A stretch of DNA of 64,000 nucleotides from a virus. The stretch spans positions 16,754-80,753 of the IMG/VR virus record IMGVR_UViG_3300026531_000001, one strand, 5' to 3'. Below are positions 1 to 10,429 of the stretch, piece after piece. How positions within the stretch are numbered: position 1 is the stretch's first letter; each line of letters starts with the position of its first letter. The notes beneath the pieces are model-generated. The model was not told the DNA's origin, did no database searches, and saw only the letters and a program-made list of their open reading frames with translations. The translations under genes were made by a program, and so were the position numbers.

Positions 1-1
1 C

Positions 2-1672
2 AGCTCTTATATCTTCGGTGAAAACTACGGCGCAACGGATGACCTGCCGAGCGAACCGGCACCGCCAGCATGGTACAAGGGCGGTTCGGTGGACCTTTGG
101 AACTCCAGCAATAATAACTATCTGCTGTGGGACTTTAGCCTAGAGCCAAACACTACGTACACATTCAGCTTCTACTACAAGAAGCTCGGCGACGACGACT
201 GGACCGCTAACCTGGATGCTGGTTCTGGCACCAGCGGCTCGAGCGCCTATGACCTGTACCAGGATGCCGACGGCTTGCCAGCCGCGCTGGGCACCTGGGC
301 GCGCAAGGTCATTACATTCACGACTACCAGTAGCGGGGTGGTGCACATCTACCTGGGCGGGCGCGGATCGTGGGACGGCTCAGAACACCAGCGTGGTCTA
401 CGCGTCGCATTCCCCCAGCTGGAGCAGGGAGACAGCGCTACGGCGTGGCGGCCGCCGCGGTTCTGGGTATATCACGAGCTACCCGCCCCCATAACGATTG
501 ACGAAACGATAGACCCGAACACCAACTACGCGTCATTGCTAACCGTAGCGCTGCCGGGTAGCGCCGTGGCATTCAAGCTCGACGCGCGTCCCAACTGGAC
601 CGATGTGTCCATCTCTCCCCGGTCACGCCGCACCTGGCAAGGTCCGGTTGCCCCCAATACATCAGACACGACGACGATGGAGCCCAGCTATGACGTTGGT
701 GGGGCCTCTCACCCTATGCTCGCCATGGTGGAACCGCGTCCTAACCCCGGGCTGGGGCTGCAGTTCTATTCCGTGGTGCGTTATGGATCGGACACCCCAC
801 GCACGCGCGTTGAGATACGCGGCGTCTGGGTCAAGCACAAACAGATAGGCGGCCTCCTAAAGGCCGACTCGAGCGCCACCTCCGGAGCGGGGCACACCAA
901 AACGGTCGCGTGGCGGGTTACGGACCTCGGCAACCACCAATTCCGGGCGGTGTTCGCAACTACGAACCTCGGCCCATACGCTGAGCACACTCACGCCGTA
1001 GATGTCTACTGGCACAGCGCCGCCAATGAGCTGATATACGACAACTCGCAAAACTCGACCTCCAACCAGTCCGACGTGCGGCCGCATACCTCTATCGGAG
1101 TTCTCAGCTTGGACCTCCACCAGGATGAGGATCTCTTCATTGATGCAATCGGCAATGCGCAGGGTCTCGCCCTGGCCTTCTACCAAGCCGGCGCATACAA
1201 GGTGCCTCTCGTCCTGGCCGACTTCCTCGACCCCCCGGCGCCGGGTGACGACGGCAGCGTATGGGCGCGGTGGGGCATGCTAACACCGCACAACCGTGTG
1301 GGATACAAAATCGCGGCAGCCGGCCCACTGGCCCGTTCATACCAGATCGCGGCCGGGCGCAATTTTCATACTCCCACCGGGTGGAACCACTCATATGCCA
1401 CCGGGGAAGCGCCTATACCATACTTCGAGTTCACGCTCGGGGTCAGGGTCATGGATCGCTTGCACCTGTTTGAACCATACGTCGCTCGCTCCGACTCCGT
1501 TGCCTCTAACCGAGGGCGCCTAGCCAATATCCGCGTCGCTCGAGGTGACGCCTTCAACGCCAACCTTGGCGACAGCTGGCTAGCTCAGGACGGCAGTCGC
1601 TATGTGTTCATCTGGAAAGAAGCGATGTTCTACGGCGAGTCGGATGAGCATTTGCTGTTCATCAAGCCATAG
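2..1672 (+). CDS. Tail/baseplate-associated protein with CBM-like domain (5'-truncated by window edge)
   Basis: Frame is open from base 2. LEPNTTYTFSFY...PQLEQGDSATAW resembles carbohydrate-binding domains of phage tail proteins. Lies in the tail cluster. Confidence 0.55.
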   Translation, partial: SSYIFGENYGATDDLPSEPAPPAWYKGGSVDLWNSSNNNYLLWDFSLEPNTTYTFSFYYKKLGDDDWTANLDAGSGTSGSSAYDLYQDADGLPAALGTWARKVITFTTTSSGVVHIYLGGRGSWDGSEHQRGLRVAFPQLEQGDSATAWRPPRFWVYHELPAPITIDETIDPNTNYASLLTVALPGSAVAFKLDARPNWTDVSISPRSRRTWQGPVAPNTSDTTTMEPSYDVGGASHPMLAMVEPRPNPGLGLQFYSVVRYGSDTPRTRVEIRGVWVKHKQIGGLLKADSSATSGAGHTKTVAWRVTDLGNHQFRAVFATTNLGPYAEHTHAVDVYWHSAANELIYDNSQNSTSNQSDVRPHTSIGVLSLDLHQDEDLFIDAIGNAQGLALAFYQAGAYKVPLVLADFLDPPAPGDDGSVWARWGMLTPHNRVGYKIAAAGPLARSYQIAAGRNFHTPTGWNHSYATGEAPIPYFEFTLGVRVMDRLHLFEPYVARSDSVASNRGRLANIRVARGDAFNANLGDSWLAQDGSRYVFIWKEAMFYGESDEHLLFIKP

Positions 1673-1681
1673 GAGGCACGC

Positions 1682-3829
1682 ATGCCCAAGTATTCTGCAA
1701 ACCTCGCATCCCCTTTCACCATCGGCCAGCTGGCCGATCAGTACAAGACCGCCTTCGACACCCTTGGCTGGGGTACCGGCAAAGTTAGTATTCAGGGCGG
1801 CTACCGGTTCACCAGCCAGCAGGCCGACGACTCTGCCGACACGCCGATCTCCATTACTCCCGACGGAGCGGTGGCAGCGCCCGACTCCATTACCAGCATC
1901 ACGGGAGCCGACTGGGTAGACAACTACGCCGGCAAGGTCTACGTCTACCCCGTTACCGACGGTCATCACCGCTGGCCGCTGCTCTTCTATCTGCCCGGCT
2001 TGCGGGCTTTCCGCATCACGTTTACGCCAGTGCACCGCGCCGACGGCGCCGACAGCGGCCCCTTTTCCGATCTGGACATACACGCGATGGATTCGGTGTA
2101 CAGCAACAACGCCAGCGACATCACCACATCGGCTCGAGCCGCCAGCCTCAAAGACTCCAATTGGGGAAGCGATTACACGATCGGACAGTCCTACACAACG
2201 TTATGGAGCCACGACGCCCTTGGCGGCGACGCTGAGGTAGCCCAGCACGCCCTGATTTACGCCAAGAACGTCGTCCTGCGGATTGACAAGATCGAGTACA
2301 TCGTGACCCCGGACGCCTTCGGAGTGCAGGGCCCCAACCTCGACGGCCCGCTCTTCGAGTTCCGCTTTCTCGACGGTTCCGGCTACGCCTACGGGGTCAT
2401 GCAGCCGCTACCGGTCAAAGACGCCTATCGGCCGCGCGTGATCCTATTGCCCCCGCACTACCAACGCGAGAGCGGCTTTTCGCATCTGGATGATTGGAAG
2501 CCGACCCATCTAATAAACCTCCTCTTCAACGCCTTTCGTGAGGACGACCTGCAACAGGTTGGCATCTTCAATAGCGGGCTTCCGGTTTATGCAGTAGTCA
2601 AGCACTATTCATACGGTGCCGACCTGAACGTGTTTTTGGCGTCCAATGACGATCACCGGGGATTTGCCTTGCGCAGTGTCCAGTCCGGCTCGAGCTCCAT
2701 TCACGTCGTTGCCGATCGGGTAGACAAGTCGTCAATCTATCCCGCCAACCCTACGACCGTACCCGAACGGCGCGAACATCTGCGCTGGCTCTATACGGAT
2801 TACGACAACTACAGCACGGCCACGCGCGCGCCGGCTCGTACCGGATGGCTCATCAAGGTAGAGGGGCAGACGCGCATACTGCAACGAGGCGGCGTGGATT
2901 TGGTGTTTGCTCCGTATAGCAATACCTACACATTCGCGTTATACAGGGTCAGCCGCAATACAGACGGCGAGCTGATCTATGAGGAAAAAGTGGCCGACAT
3001 CGCCATGACAGGCAACGGCACTTCAGGCGTCGGCAAGATCAGTTTCGATGCGCTTGGCTTGAGCCTCGACACCGGATACTACCTGCTCGTTCCGCCGTCC
3101 AACTTGCGACCGGTCGGCACGCGCGGTATTCCCAGCTCTAGGAGCCCGGTCGGCACCGGAGCGCGCATGCTGGGCCCGGTAGTATGCCGCGATCTATCCG
3201 ACGACTCCGGCTGGACCGCTGGATCCACGGTGCTCAACGTCACCGGTAACGACTTTTCTATTGCTCCCAGCAACGCCTCCATACACGGCAGCTTGAGCTT
3301 ATGGCTCGAGTTCGACGTGGGCGATACCCCAAGCAACCGGGTTACGTCATATGCCGAAGACTTGGCGCTGGTCACGCACTCGCCCGGTGACAGCACACCC
3401 AAACCCCACCAGTATGAGCTCTTGCCGCTGGAAAATACGGAATACACCAGCAACGGCAACTGGGCCTATGGCGCCTTCATGCCGTTCATACTCGATCGCG
3501 CCCTAGCTGGCGTTGAACCCGGTTACGTCTGGCAACTCTCGCCGCTCCCTGGGTGGTTCAGCGGTGCTCGCGGCTACTATACGACTGCCCGAAGCGCACC
3601 CACACTCGAGTTCGAGCCCGACGTAACCGAGCGCTTCCCCGCCTGGATGGACCGGCCGTACCGCGACAGCCTACCGCTCGAGCGGCTAGTTATGCGGCCA
3701 ACAAGAGACGTCGCGGCTGGCAATAGCCATTCCAACGCCGACGGGTCGGAGGATTTCGTGGCTTTCATCAGCCGGCGCGACAGCAACCGCCCCTGGAGCG
3801 TCTGCTTCCACGTCGAAGCGGAGGACTAG
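1682..3829 (+). CDS. Putative virion tail/receptor-binding protein, 715 aa
   Basis: Long ORF with AGGAGG RBS, beta-rich composition, tail-cluster context. Confidence 0.5.
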   Translation: MPKYSANLASPFTIGQLADQYKTAFDTLGWGTGKVSIQGGYRFTSQQADDSADTPISITPDGAVAAPDSITSITGADWVDNYAGKVYVYPVTDGHHRWPLLFYLPGLRAFRITFTPVHRADGADSGPFSDLDIHAMDSVYSNNASDITTSARAASLKDSNWGSDYTIGQSYTTLWSHDALGGDAEVAQHALIYAKNVVLRIDKIEYIVTPDAFGVQGPNLDGPLFEFRFLDGSGYAYGVMQPLPVKDAYRPRVILLPPHYQRESGFSHLDDWKPTHLINLLFNAFREDDLQQVGIFNSGLPVYAVVKHYSYGADLNVFLASNDDHRGFALRSVQSGSSSIHVVADRVDKSSIYPANPTTVPERREHLRWLYTDYDNYSTATRAPARTGWLIKVEGQTRILQRGGVDLVFAPYSNTYTFALYRVSRNTDGELIYEEKVADIAMTGNGTSGVGKISFDALGLSLDTGYYLLVPPSNLRPVGTRGIPSSRSPVGTGARMLGPVVCRDLSDDSGWTAGSTVLNVTGNDFSIAPSNASIHGSLSLWLEFDVGDTPSNRVTSYAEDLALVTHSPGDSTPKPHQYELLPLENTEYTSNGNWAYGAFMPFILDRALAGVEPGYVWQLSPLPGWFSGARGYYTTARSAPTLEFEPDVTERFPAWMDRPYRDSLPLERLVMRPTRDVAAGNSHSNADGSEDFVAFISRRDSNRPWSVCFHVEAED

Positions 3830-3832
3830 ACC

Positions 3833-6031
3833 ATGCCCTTGTGGAGTCTCACACCGACCGATGAGGACGTACAGCATGCGCGCGCAGCCGCCGCATCTCG
3901 ATCCCGCATCCAGGCCCGCTACTGGCGCAATGCCAGCACGCCGGGCCTCATGGACGACGGTACGGGTACCACGTTCCACTTGGCATTCCGGCGCCTAACG
4001 GACGCGCCTGCCGGTTCGGTTACCTGGCTCTACGACCAGACCAACGTAGTCAACTCGCTTTACCCGGCAATCACCCTGCGCAAGGCGCTCTCGCTACGCG
4101 CCGGCCTCGTGGCGGCGCTCGAGCCGGCGGTATTGAGCCTCGAGGTCACCCCGGTAGATGACGACACCGCGCGACTTACAGTAGTGCTCGACAAACCAGG
4201 CTCGATCAGCATGTTCCTCAAGGGACTCGATGCCGATGGCAACGAAACTGGCCTCATCACTGCTGGCGACGGGGCAGACGGCACCGGCTCCAAAACCCTC
4301 ACCATGGACTTCCCCCGGCAGGACGGCCTCTACCGGATCGTGGTGCGTGCGGGTATGACCAAGTACGCCCGCGACTACAACGCCGACACCCCCACCAGCG
4401 CGCTCTCGACCTACGCCTCTGCCGCAAACGACGTGATGGGCGGGAGTTACCAGACCGGAGTGCTCGACGGGCGCTACGCCTTCGCCAGCGCTATCTATCC
4501 TCTGGCCGATCCGTACGGTTTTGATTCGGACGCAGTTCTCAACGGCCCCGACTGGGACACTGACGCCACCCGGCAGGCCATGGTGCAGACCATCGCCGAC
4601 CGCTCGAGCATTGATACCGCCAAGCGCTTCCTCGACGCCATGGTGGACAAGGGCGCTTCGCCGTATGACGCCAGCAACACTGACCCCGACTACTACAAGA
4701 ACAAGGCGGTGCCCGCCACCGACGAAGTGTACCAGGCGGGCGGCGTCGGAGCCTATCACGATGTGTACGGTGCCTACCCGTCGTTTACCTATGACACCAC
4801 CAGTAACGACGGCAGCTATTTGTCCGGCCTCAAAAACGACTTCATCAGCGCGATCCAAACAGACGCGGACGCCGCAGGCTACGATCGCGCCTACGGCGAG
4901 GTATACCAGGCCGCGCACGACGCCGAGATCACGGGCGGGCTTCCCGAGGGCGCGACCGCTTGGCCGACCACCACATCTTCGGGGCAGGCAGCGGCCGTCG
5001 CTAGGCATGTGTATGAGTCTGGCTTCGCTCGAGCGGCCCAGGAAATCTACGATGCCGGGCGCACCGACGGCTACGACTGGCGCGTAAGTGTAGACCCGGC
5101 GCTCGAGCCCGGCACCAGCGGCTACGTGACCCAGTACCGCAACCAGGCCGACCCCTACAAGGCCAAGATGCAAGCCACGGGCAAGATTGCGGGGCTCAAG
5201 TTCTTCCTGGATTACATCGCCGCACAGTACGCCTACAGCTACGATGCCAGCAACGCCGCGGGCCTCGACGACGCCGACTACACCACCTACCTCGAGGGCG
5301 AACGCAACGGCGCCGTGGGCGTGGTCTACGACACCGGCCGCGCCAATGGCTACCGCGAGCTCTATGACGTGGGCGTCAGCCTCTTCAAGTTCAGCTACGA
5401 CTCCCAGCTCGATGCTGCCGGACTGAGCTCGATCAAGGACTCTTTCCTGACCGCGGTGTACTCCTATGGGGTGACGGCGGCCCTCCAGGAGCAGTACGAC
5501 CTCGGGACGAGCACCTACTTCAACGACCTGACCGACTACCCGACCGTGCGCGACCCCAGCTATGTGACCCGCACCCAGTACCTGGACACGCTGGCCGCGC
5601 ACCTGCGGGGGCTACAGGGCGACTTTTTCACCCGCGTCTACGAATCGGGCGTGATCTACGTCTACCGCGACCGCATCTACCCCCTGGCCGAGCCTTTCGG
5701 GTTCACCTTCGACCGTACCCAGAAGCAGGCGAGCTACTACGCCGACCTCGAGCCCGACTTCATTGAGGCGCTCCGGGAAGGCTATGCGGGCGGTCACATC
5801 GTTCGCGTAATCCGTAACTACGACCCGGCAACCTACACCGCTCATGTGGAAGTGGAGCTCTCCCGGCCGGAAGGCGTGGTGCTTTATGTAACCGACGACA
5901 ACGGCAACCAGATCGGTAGCGTGCTCGAGTCGCTAATCCCCCAAACCGTGCACACATTCGTCTTCCCCCTCGTTCCCAACGTGGATGAGGTGCTGCTGCA
6001 CATAGAGCTCAGCAACCTGGAGGAGGATTGA
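3833..6031 (+). CDS. Putative virion protein with internal Tyr-rich ~50-aa repeats, 732 aa
   Basis: Recurring VY[QED]xG...[IL]YDxG units; starts 3 nt after the upstream stop. Confidence 0.5.
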   Translation: MPLWSLTPTDEDVQHARAAAASRSRIQARYWRNASTPGLMDDGTGTTFHLAFRRLTDAPAGSVTWLYDQTNVVNSLYPAITLRKALSLRAGLVAALEPAVLSLEVTPVDDDTARLTVVLDKPGSISMFLKGLDADGNETGLITAGDGADGTGSKTLTMDFPRQDGLYRIVVRAGMTKYARDYNADTPTSALSTYASAANDVMGGSYQTGVLDGRYAFASAIYPLADPYGFDSDAVLNGPDWDTDATRQAMVQTIADRSSIDTAKRFLDAMVDKGASPYDASNTDPDYYKNKAVPATDEVYQAGGVGAYHDVYGAYPSFTYDTTSNDGSYLSGLKNDFISAIQTDADAAGYDRAYGEVYQAAHDAEITGGLPEGATAWPTTTSSGQAAAVARHVYESGFARAAQEIYDAGRTDGYDWRVSVDPALEPGTSGYVTQYRNQADPYKAKMQATGKIAGLKFFLDYIAAQYAYSYDASNAAGLDDADYTTYLEGERNGAVGVVYDTGRANGYRELYDVGVSLFKFSYDSQLDAAGLSSIKDSFLTAVYSYGVTAALQEQYDLGTSTYFNDLTDYPTVRDPSYVTRTQYLDTLAAHLRGLQGDFFTRVYESGVIYVYRDRIYPLAEPFGFTFDRTQKQASYYADLEPDFIEALREGYAGGHIVRVIRNYDPATYTAHVEVELSRPEGVVLYVTDDNGNQIGSVLESLIPQTVHTFVFPLVPNVDEVLLHIELSNLEED

Positions 6032-6036
6032 GCGAT

Positions 6037-6058
6037 AGCCGACTACGGCGGCTAGGGT
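6037..6058 (+). promoter_or_regulatory. Late promoter motif (weak upstream box)
   Basis: TAGGGT-N6-ATG; upstream GCCG at N11. Confidence 0.5.
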
Positions 6059-6064
6059 ACCCCT

Positions 6065-6772
6065 ATGGCAGATCCCACTCCCCTGACTAACCCGGGCCAG
6101 GATCATGTAGTCGTAACGCTGCCCCTGCAATCTGCGGCAGGAGTGGATGAGACAACTACATCCGGGCGACAGTGGCGCCTCCCCCCGTGGCTGCCGCTCA
6201 AGGGGATCACGGCGGACCTCATGGACGCCCTCGACGCGGGTCTGCAGCGCGTGGACCTGGGGGCTCTAGACCAGCTCGACGTACAAACGGCTACCTGGGA
6301 GTGGCTGGACTACCACGCGCGCCTCTATGGGCTCGAGCCCCGCTTCCCGGGTGAGGCCGACGCAGTATTGCGCCAGCGCATCCTGGGCGAGCTGCGGCTG
6401 CCACGCACTACTCCTGAGGCCATCGAGACCGCCATCGAAATGGCCTTCCCGGGCACCACGGCCACCGTCTTCGACTGGACCACCGTCGAGACCAAGGGTG
6501 GGTACACCATCCGGCGATGGGACGGCACCTACCACTGGGACGGCGCCGTCAACTTCAACCCCGGGGGGCCCTATGAAAACTTGCGTTACTACCTTGGCGT
6601 ATTGATAGTGCGGCTCGAGGGCGGCCCCTACGACCTCGAGGTGGTGCGGAGCATTGTGGACCGCTTCCGTCCCGCCGGGGCGCTGCCGCATTACGAGGTC
6701 CTGGGCTCGAGCACCATCCCGCTCGACGGCACCCGTATCCTCAACGGCAACTGGGTGCTCAACTCAACCTGA
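6065..6772 (+). CDS. Baseplate wedge protein (P2 gpI/Mu gp48-like)
   Basis: ATWEWLDYHARLYGL...GEADAVLRQRI and VDRFRPAG motifs; precedes fibre genes. Confidence 0.75.
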   Translation: MADPTPLTNPGQDHVVVTLPLQSAAGVDETTTSGRQWRLPPWLPLKGITADLMDALDAGLQRVDLGALDQLDVQTATWEWLDYHARLYGLEPRFPGEADAVLRQRILGELRLPRTTPEAIETAIEMAFPGTTATVFDWTTVETKGGYTIRRWDGTYHWDGAVNFNPGGPYENLRYYLGVLIVRLEGGPYDLEVVRSIVDRFRPAGALPHYEVLGSSTIPLDGTRILNGNWVLNST

Positions 6773-6791
6773 CCGCGCGCGTGAATAGGGT
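6770..6791 (+). promoter_or_regulatory. Late promoter motif
   Basis: TGACCG-N10-TAGGGT-N6-ATG. Confidence 0.75.
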
Positions 6792-6797
6792 GGCGGC

Positions 6798-7823
6798 ATG
6801 GCACTGACCGGCGACCCCAATGGGACTATGAGCCTGGAGCTCTACGAGGTCCAGACCACGGACCCCGTACATCCCAGCATGGTGAACCCCCAGCTACAAA
6901 TGCTGGTGACGAACGACGCCGTGTTGAAGAAGCGACTCGACGTTATCGAGGCGGCCGGCGTGCTGGCGCTTCCAGGCCGCGTGAGCGCGCTCGAGGCCAT
7001 CAACGCCGAGACCCGGCTGACCGCGCTTGAGGCGGTAAATGCCGGCACCCGCTTGGACGCGCTCGAAGCGGTGCGCGCGAACGACCGCCTCAACGTCCTC
7101 GAGGGAGCCGTAAACACGCTGGACGGCCGCATCTCCGACCTGGAGGCCATAGATGCCGACGCGCGACTGGATGCGCTCGAGCAGGCGCAGGGGGCCACTA
7201 TGGTCTACACCAGCAGTCCGCCCCTGGACGCCGCAATCGGGGCGCGCTGGCTTCGCCCCTTCAATGGCACGATCATCACGCTCACCAAAGCACGCGTAGA
7301 GGGAGGGCGTAACGTCTGGGTCACGGAGCCGCAGGCGATCAGCCTGCACGCGGCTTCGATCGGCACCGACGCGGGCGTGAGCGACCGTTGGGCGCTTCCG
7401 GGCAGCATGTTCGGCATGACCGTAAACCGCGCCATTGCCACCCGCATCAGATACAAATACACGGTGCAGGCGCTAGGTGTGGGGATGGACTATCGGGCTC
7501 GAGCGTGGTGGCGCGTTCCCGGGGGCGCGTCGCCGAAGGGTCGCGGCTCCAGCTCGGGTGTAGACCCCGGAGACGAAGGGGCGCCGAACAACACCTCAGG
7601 AGCCACCCTGGTCCTCAACGCCACTGCCAGCGGTTTTCAAAACCACCTCATAGATCATGAGCAGGGCGAATACACCGTAGACTCGCTCACGCCCCTGACT
7701 CCTGGCCTACAGATCTGGGTGCAGGCATGGCGCGACACGGCAGGGTGGGGGTCCGACAACAACATCCGCGGTAACACACAGGTATTCCTAGACGTGAGCT
7801 TCATAGTGGAGCTGCTGCAGTAA
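6798..7823 (+). CDS. Tail fibre protein with 12-aa coiled-coil repeats
   Basis: TTDPVH..VNPQLQMLVTNDAVLK fibre N-terminus; RLxALEAxNAxx repeats. Confidence 0.7.
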   Translation: MALTGDPNGTMSLELYEVQTTDPVHPSMVNPQLQMLVTNDAVLKKRLDVIEAAGVLALPGRVSALEAINAETRLTALEAVNAGTRLDALEAVRANDRLNVLEGAVNTLDGRISDLEAIDADARLDALEQAQGATMVYTSSPPLDAAIGARWLRPFNGTIITLTKARVEGGRNVWVTEPQAISLHAASIGTDAGVSDRWALPGSMFGMTVNRAIATRIRYKYTVQALGVGMDYRARAWWRVPGGASPKGRGSSSGVDPGDEGAPNNTSGATLVLNATASGFQNHLIDHEQGEYTVDSLTPLTPGLQIWVQAWRDTAGWGSDNNIRGNTQVFLDVSFIVELLQ

Positions 7824-7834
7824 CGGAGGCCCTC

Positions 7835-8701
7835 ATGGACCTGATCGGCAACGAAAACGGAACCTTCAGAGACCGCGTGCGCGCGCTCGAGACGACCGAC
7901 CCGGCACACCCGAACACCTGGAACCCGCAGTTCCAGGACCTGATCAACAATGACGCCATCCTCTACCGGATGGTGCAGGAGCTGGGCGGCGCCGGGGGCT
8001 TGGCCCCACGGGTAGCCGCGCTTGAAGCCCTGAACATAGGCCCGCGGTTGGACGCGCTCGAGGCCATCAATGCCGACGCACGGCTGGATGCGCTCGAGGC
8101 GCTCAACCTGGGAGACATAAACAACACCCTCAGCTCCCTCTCCAATCGCATGGACTCGCTTGAGTCGTGGGCGGCAACGGTGGACCCGGACAACGACGGC
8201 ATCGGCTGGGACGATGTGCAGAACAAGCCCTCCGAGTTCACCCCCGCCGCACACACCCACCCTCTCGCCGAAATCAGCGACTGGCCGACGGATGTGGACG
8301 CCACGGAAGTGGGCTACCTCGACGGCGTGACCGGTCCCATCCAGACCCAGCTCGACGCCAAGGCGGACCAGACCGCACTCAACGACCACCTGAACGCCGC
8401 CGATCCACACCCCCAGTACCTCACCGAGTCCGAAGGGGACGCGCGATACACCAGGACCAACGCTGCAACGCCGAACGCGCTCACGGTAGGCTCGAGCCCC
8501 TATGAGTACCAGAACCCGGGGCCCAACCCCGTCGCCGTGATCGTACAGGGCGGCGACCCGAGCCTGCTCGAGTTCAGCCGCGATGGGAACACCTACTACG
8601 ACCTGGGGGTGACGGCGGGCATGGTCTATCTGGCACCCAGCGACCGCGTGCGAGTCACCTACGGCTCCAACGCGCCAACCATGACGGTAGTGCCGCTATA
8701 G
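7835..8701 (+). CDS. Second tail fibre protein (N-terminal paralog of 6798)
   Basis: TTDPAH..WNPQFQDLINND, RLDALEA repeats, WDDVQNKP, AAHTH and HLNAADPHPQY fibre motifs. Confidence 0.7.
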   Translation: MDLIGNENGTFRDRVRALETTDPAHPNTWNPQFQDLINNDAILYRMVQELGGAGGLAPRVAALEALNIGPRLDALEAINADARLDALEALNLGDINNTLSSLSNRMDSLESWAATVDPDNDGIGWDDVQNKPSEFTPAAHTHPLAEISDWPTDVDATEVGYLDGVTGPIQTQLDAKADQTALNDHLNAADPHPQYLTESEGDARYTRTNAATPNALTVGSSPYEYQNPGPNPVAVIVQGGDPSLLEFSRDGNTYYDLGVTAGMVYLAPSDRVRVTYGSNAPTMTVVPL

Positions 8702-8707
8702 CCCGTC

Positions 8708-8729
8708 TGACGGCTACAGACCTGAAGGT
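8708..8729 (+). promoter_or_regulatory. Late promoter motif with weakened -10 (holin)
   Basis: TGACGG-N10-GAAGGT-N6-ATG. Confidence 0.6.
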
Positions 8730-8735
8730 GCGGGC

Positions 8736-9185
8736 ATGGAACGCCTCACCGCCTTCATTCTCTCGATCGCCGACAGCTTGAGCCGCCTCACCGACCTGCT
8801 ACTCATCAAACTGATCGTAGGGGTACTGATCTGGGTATATTCCCCATGGCGAGAGGCGTACGGCATTTTAGGTGCCCTTGTCGCCCTCGACTTCCTTACC
8901 GGCGTGGTAGCCGCCCGGCACAGGGGGCGCCACATCACCAGCGCCATCATGGCCACCAAGACCGGCGCCAAGCTGGTGGTCTATGGTACCGCCCTGGCCG
9001 CAATCAATCTGGCTGAGCGCGGTGTCGGCCTCGGAGCCCTATTCACGAGCGTAGGCCTAGGCATGCTGATAGTGACCGAGGCCCTTTCCATCCTGGAAAA
9101 CCTGCAACTCATCTATCCCGATCTACCCATTCTGCAACGCCTCGAGGCCATGCTACGAGATCGCGCACCGAGGTCCGACGTTTAG
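8736..9185 (+). CDS. Holin (Phage_holin_4_1-like)
   Basis: Several hydrophobic segments, DFLTGV...ITS and EALSILENL motifs. Confidence 0.8.
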   Translation: MERLTAFILSIADSLSRLTDLLLIKLIVGVLIWVYSPWREAYGILGALVALDFLTGVVAARHRGRHITSAIMATKTGAKLVVYGTALAAINLAERGVGLGALFTSVGLGMLIVTEALSILENLQLIYPDLPILQRLEAMLRDRAPRSDV

Positions 9186-9190
9186 TAGCC

Positions 9191-9212
9191 TGACCACCGC
9201 CGTTTCTACGGT
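9191..9212 (+). promoter_or_regulatory. Late promoter motif
   Basis: TGACCA-N10-TACGGT-N6-ATG. Confidence 0.75.
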
Positions 9213-9218
9213 GGCGGC

Positions 9219-9701
9219 ATGGCAAAGCGACTGAAAAACCCCCCTGGTACTCATACTGAGTTTCTCAAGCAACTCGAGCAAAGCATTAAGGAGGCCCATC
9301 TGGACGGCACCCCGGGCGGCATCCACGCCTTCATTCCCGGCACCCCCGCCGCAGACGCCATAATGTACATTTACGTTCCCACCGAGCGGGTGAAAATCCC
9401 GGCAAACGGCAACCACTTCATTTACGCCGATACGCCGCCGCAAAACGACTGGACCGCCAGCATCGAAGGCGCCAGCGGGATCATAGTAGCCGGCATTCAG
9501 GCTGGCCAGGACGTGGGCAGCTTCGACTTTCCTATGGGCGACGCCTACCTCGAGCCGGGCCAACCCCTGGTGATACTGGCACCGTCTACCGCCGACAGCG
9601 AAATCAAGGACATCGCAATCGCCATTGAGGTCCAGCGGGCCGAGCCCGGCGAAGGTCCTGCGGACGGCGGGCTTGGCGGGGTCGGCGTCATAGTCATGTA
9701 G
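9219..9701 (+). CDS. Hypothetical late protein
   Basis: 160-aa ORF preceded by the late promoter motif. Confidence 0.55.
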   Translation: MAKRLKNPPGTHTEFLKQLEQSIKEAHLDGTPGGIHAFIPGTPAADAIMYIYVPTERVKIPANGNHFIYADTPPQNDWTASIEGASGIIVAGIQAGQDVGSFDFPMGDAYLEPGQPLVILAPSTADSEIKDIAIAIEVQRAEPGEGPADGGLGGVGVIVM

Positions 9702-9703
9702 CC

Positions 9704-10429
9704 ATGGACCCCACGACAGCCCTCCAGGACAAGGTGCTCCGCATGGTGCACGCCTTCGAGGGTGGGCACCTGGCCGGCAACTTCGACGGACAGGTGCTCT
9801 CCTGGGGGCCGCTGCAGTGGAACCTTGGGCAGGGGACCCTCGGGCCGGTGCTGCAGCGCATCGTGGAGCTCGAGCCCGAAGCGGCCGCGCGGATCATGGG
9901 TGAAGAGTTCGCCGAAGCTGCGCGCGCAGGCAACCTGGCCATGGTCCGCTTCGCCCGGGCGCGCATCCTCGACCACCGGGGCCGCCCGAAGGCCGAGTGG
10001 CGGGACGCCTTCCGCAGGCTGGGCGAGCTCGAGGGCACGCACCGGGCCTTCCGTGAGGCCGCCCAGCCCTACCTCAAACGCGGGCAGCGCCTCGCTGAGG
10101 CCCTGGGATTCGAGACCGAACGCGGCTACGCCCTGGGCGTGGACGTGGCGGTGCAGAACGGCGCCCCCCGGCGCGACCACATCCGCGAGTACCGGCGCCG
10201 CCTGGGGAGCGGCAAGCGCTACCCCATGGAGTGGCAGCGGCTGAAACTCTTCGCCCACGTGGTCGCCGACGCCGCCAACCCGCGCTGGCACGACGACGTG
10301 CTGAGCCGCAAGCTCACCATCGCCGTGGGACGCGGCCGGGTGCACGGCAAGGACTACGTGCTCGAGCGCGACTTCGGCATCAGCTACTGGCGCAAATGGT
10401 GGGAGGACCCCGACCGCCCCCGTGCGTAG
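9704..10429 (+). CDS. Endolysin (lysozyme-like peptidoglycan hydrolase)
   Basis: FEGG...GNFDGQVLSWGPLQWN and DVAVQNG motifs; lysis-cassette context. Confidence 0.7.
   Translation: MDPTTALQDKVLRMVHAFEGGHLAGNFDGQVLSWGPLQWNLGQGTLGPVLQRIVELEPEAAARIMGEEFAEAARAGNLAMVRFARARILDHRGRPKAEWRDAFRRLGELEGTHRAFREAAQPYLKRGQRLAEALGFETERGYALGVDVAVQNGAPRRDHIREYRRRLGSGKRYPMEWQRLKLFAHVVADAANPRWHDDVLSRKLTIAVGRGRVHGKDYVLERDFGISYWRKWWEDPDRPRA

Noticed and set aside
4094-5602. Long antisense ORFs (also 42041-43333, 43598-45358, 45395-46780, 57808-59133, 59183-60646)
   Set aside because: Shadow frames opposite well-supported genes in high-GC DNA; no motifs or start signals.
6798-8701. Diversity-generating retroelement or invertible fibre shufflon
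   Set aside because: No reverse transcriptase, no adenine-specific TR/VR pair and no inverted cassettes or adjacent invertase in the window.
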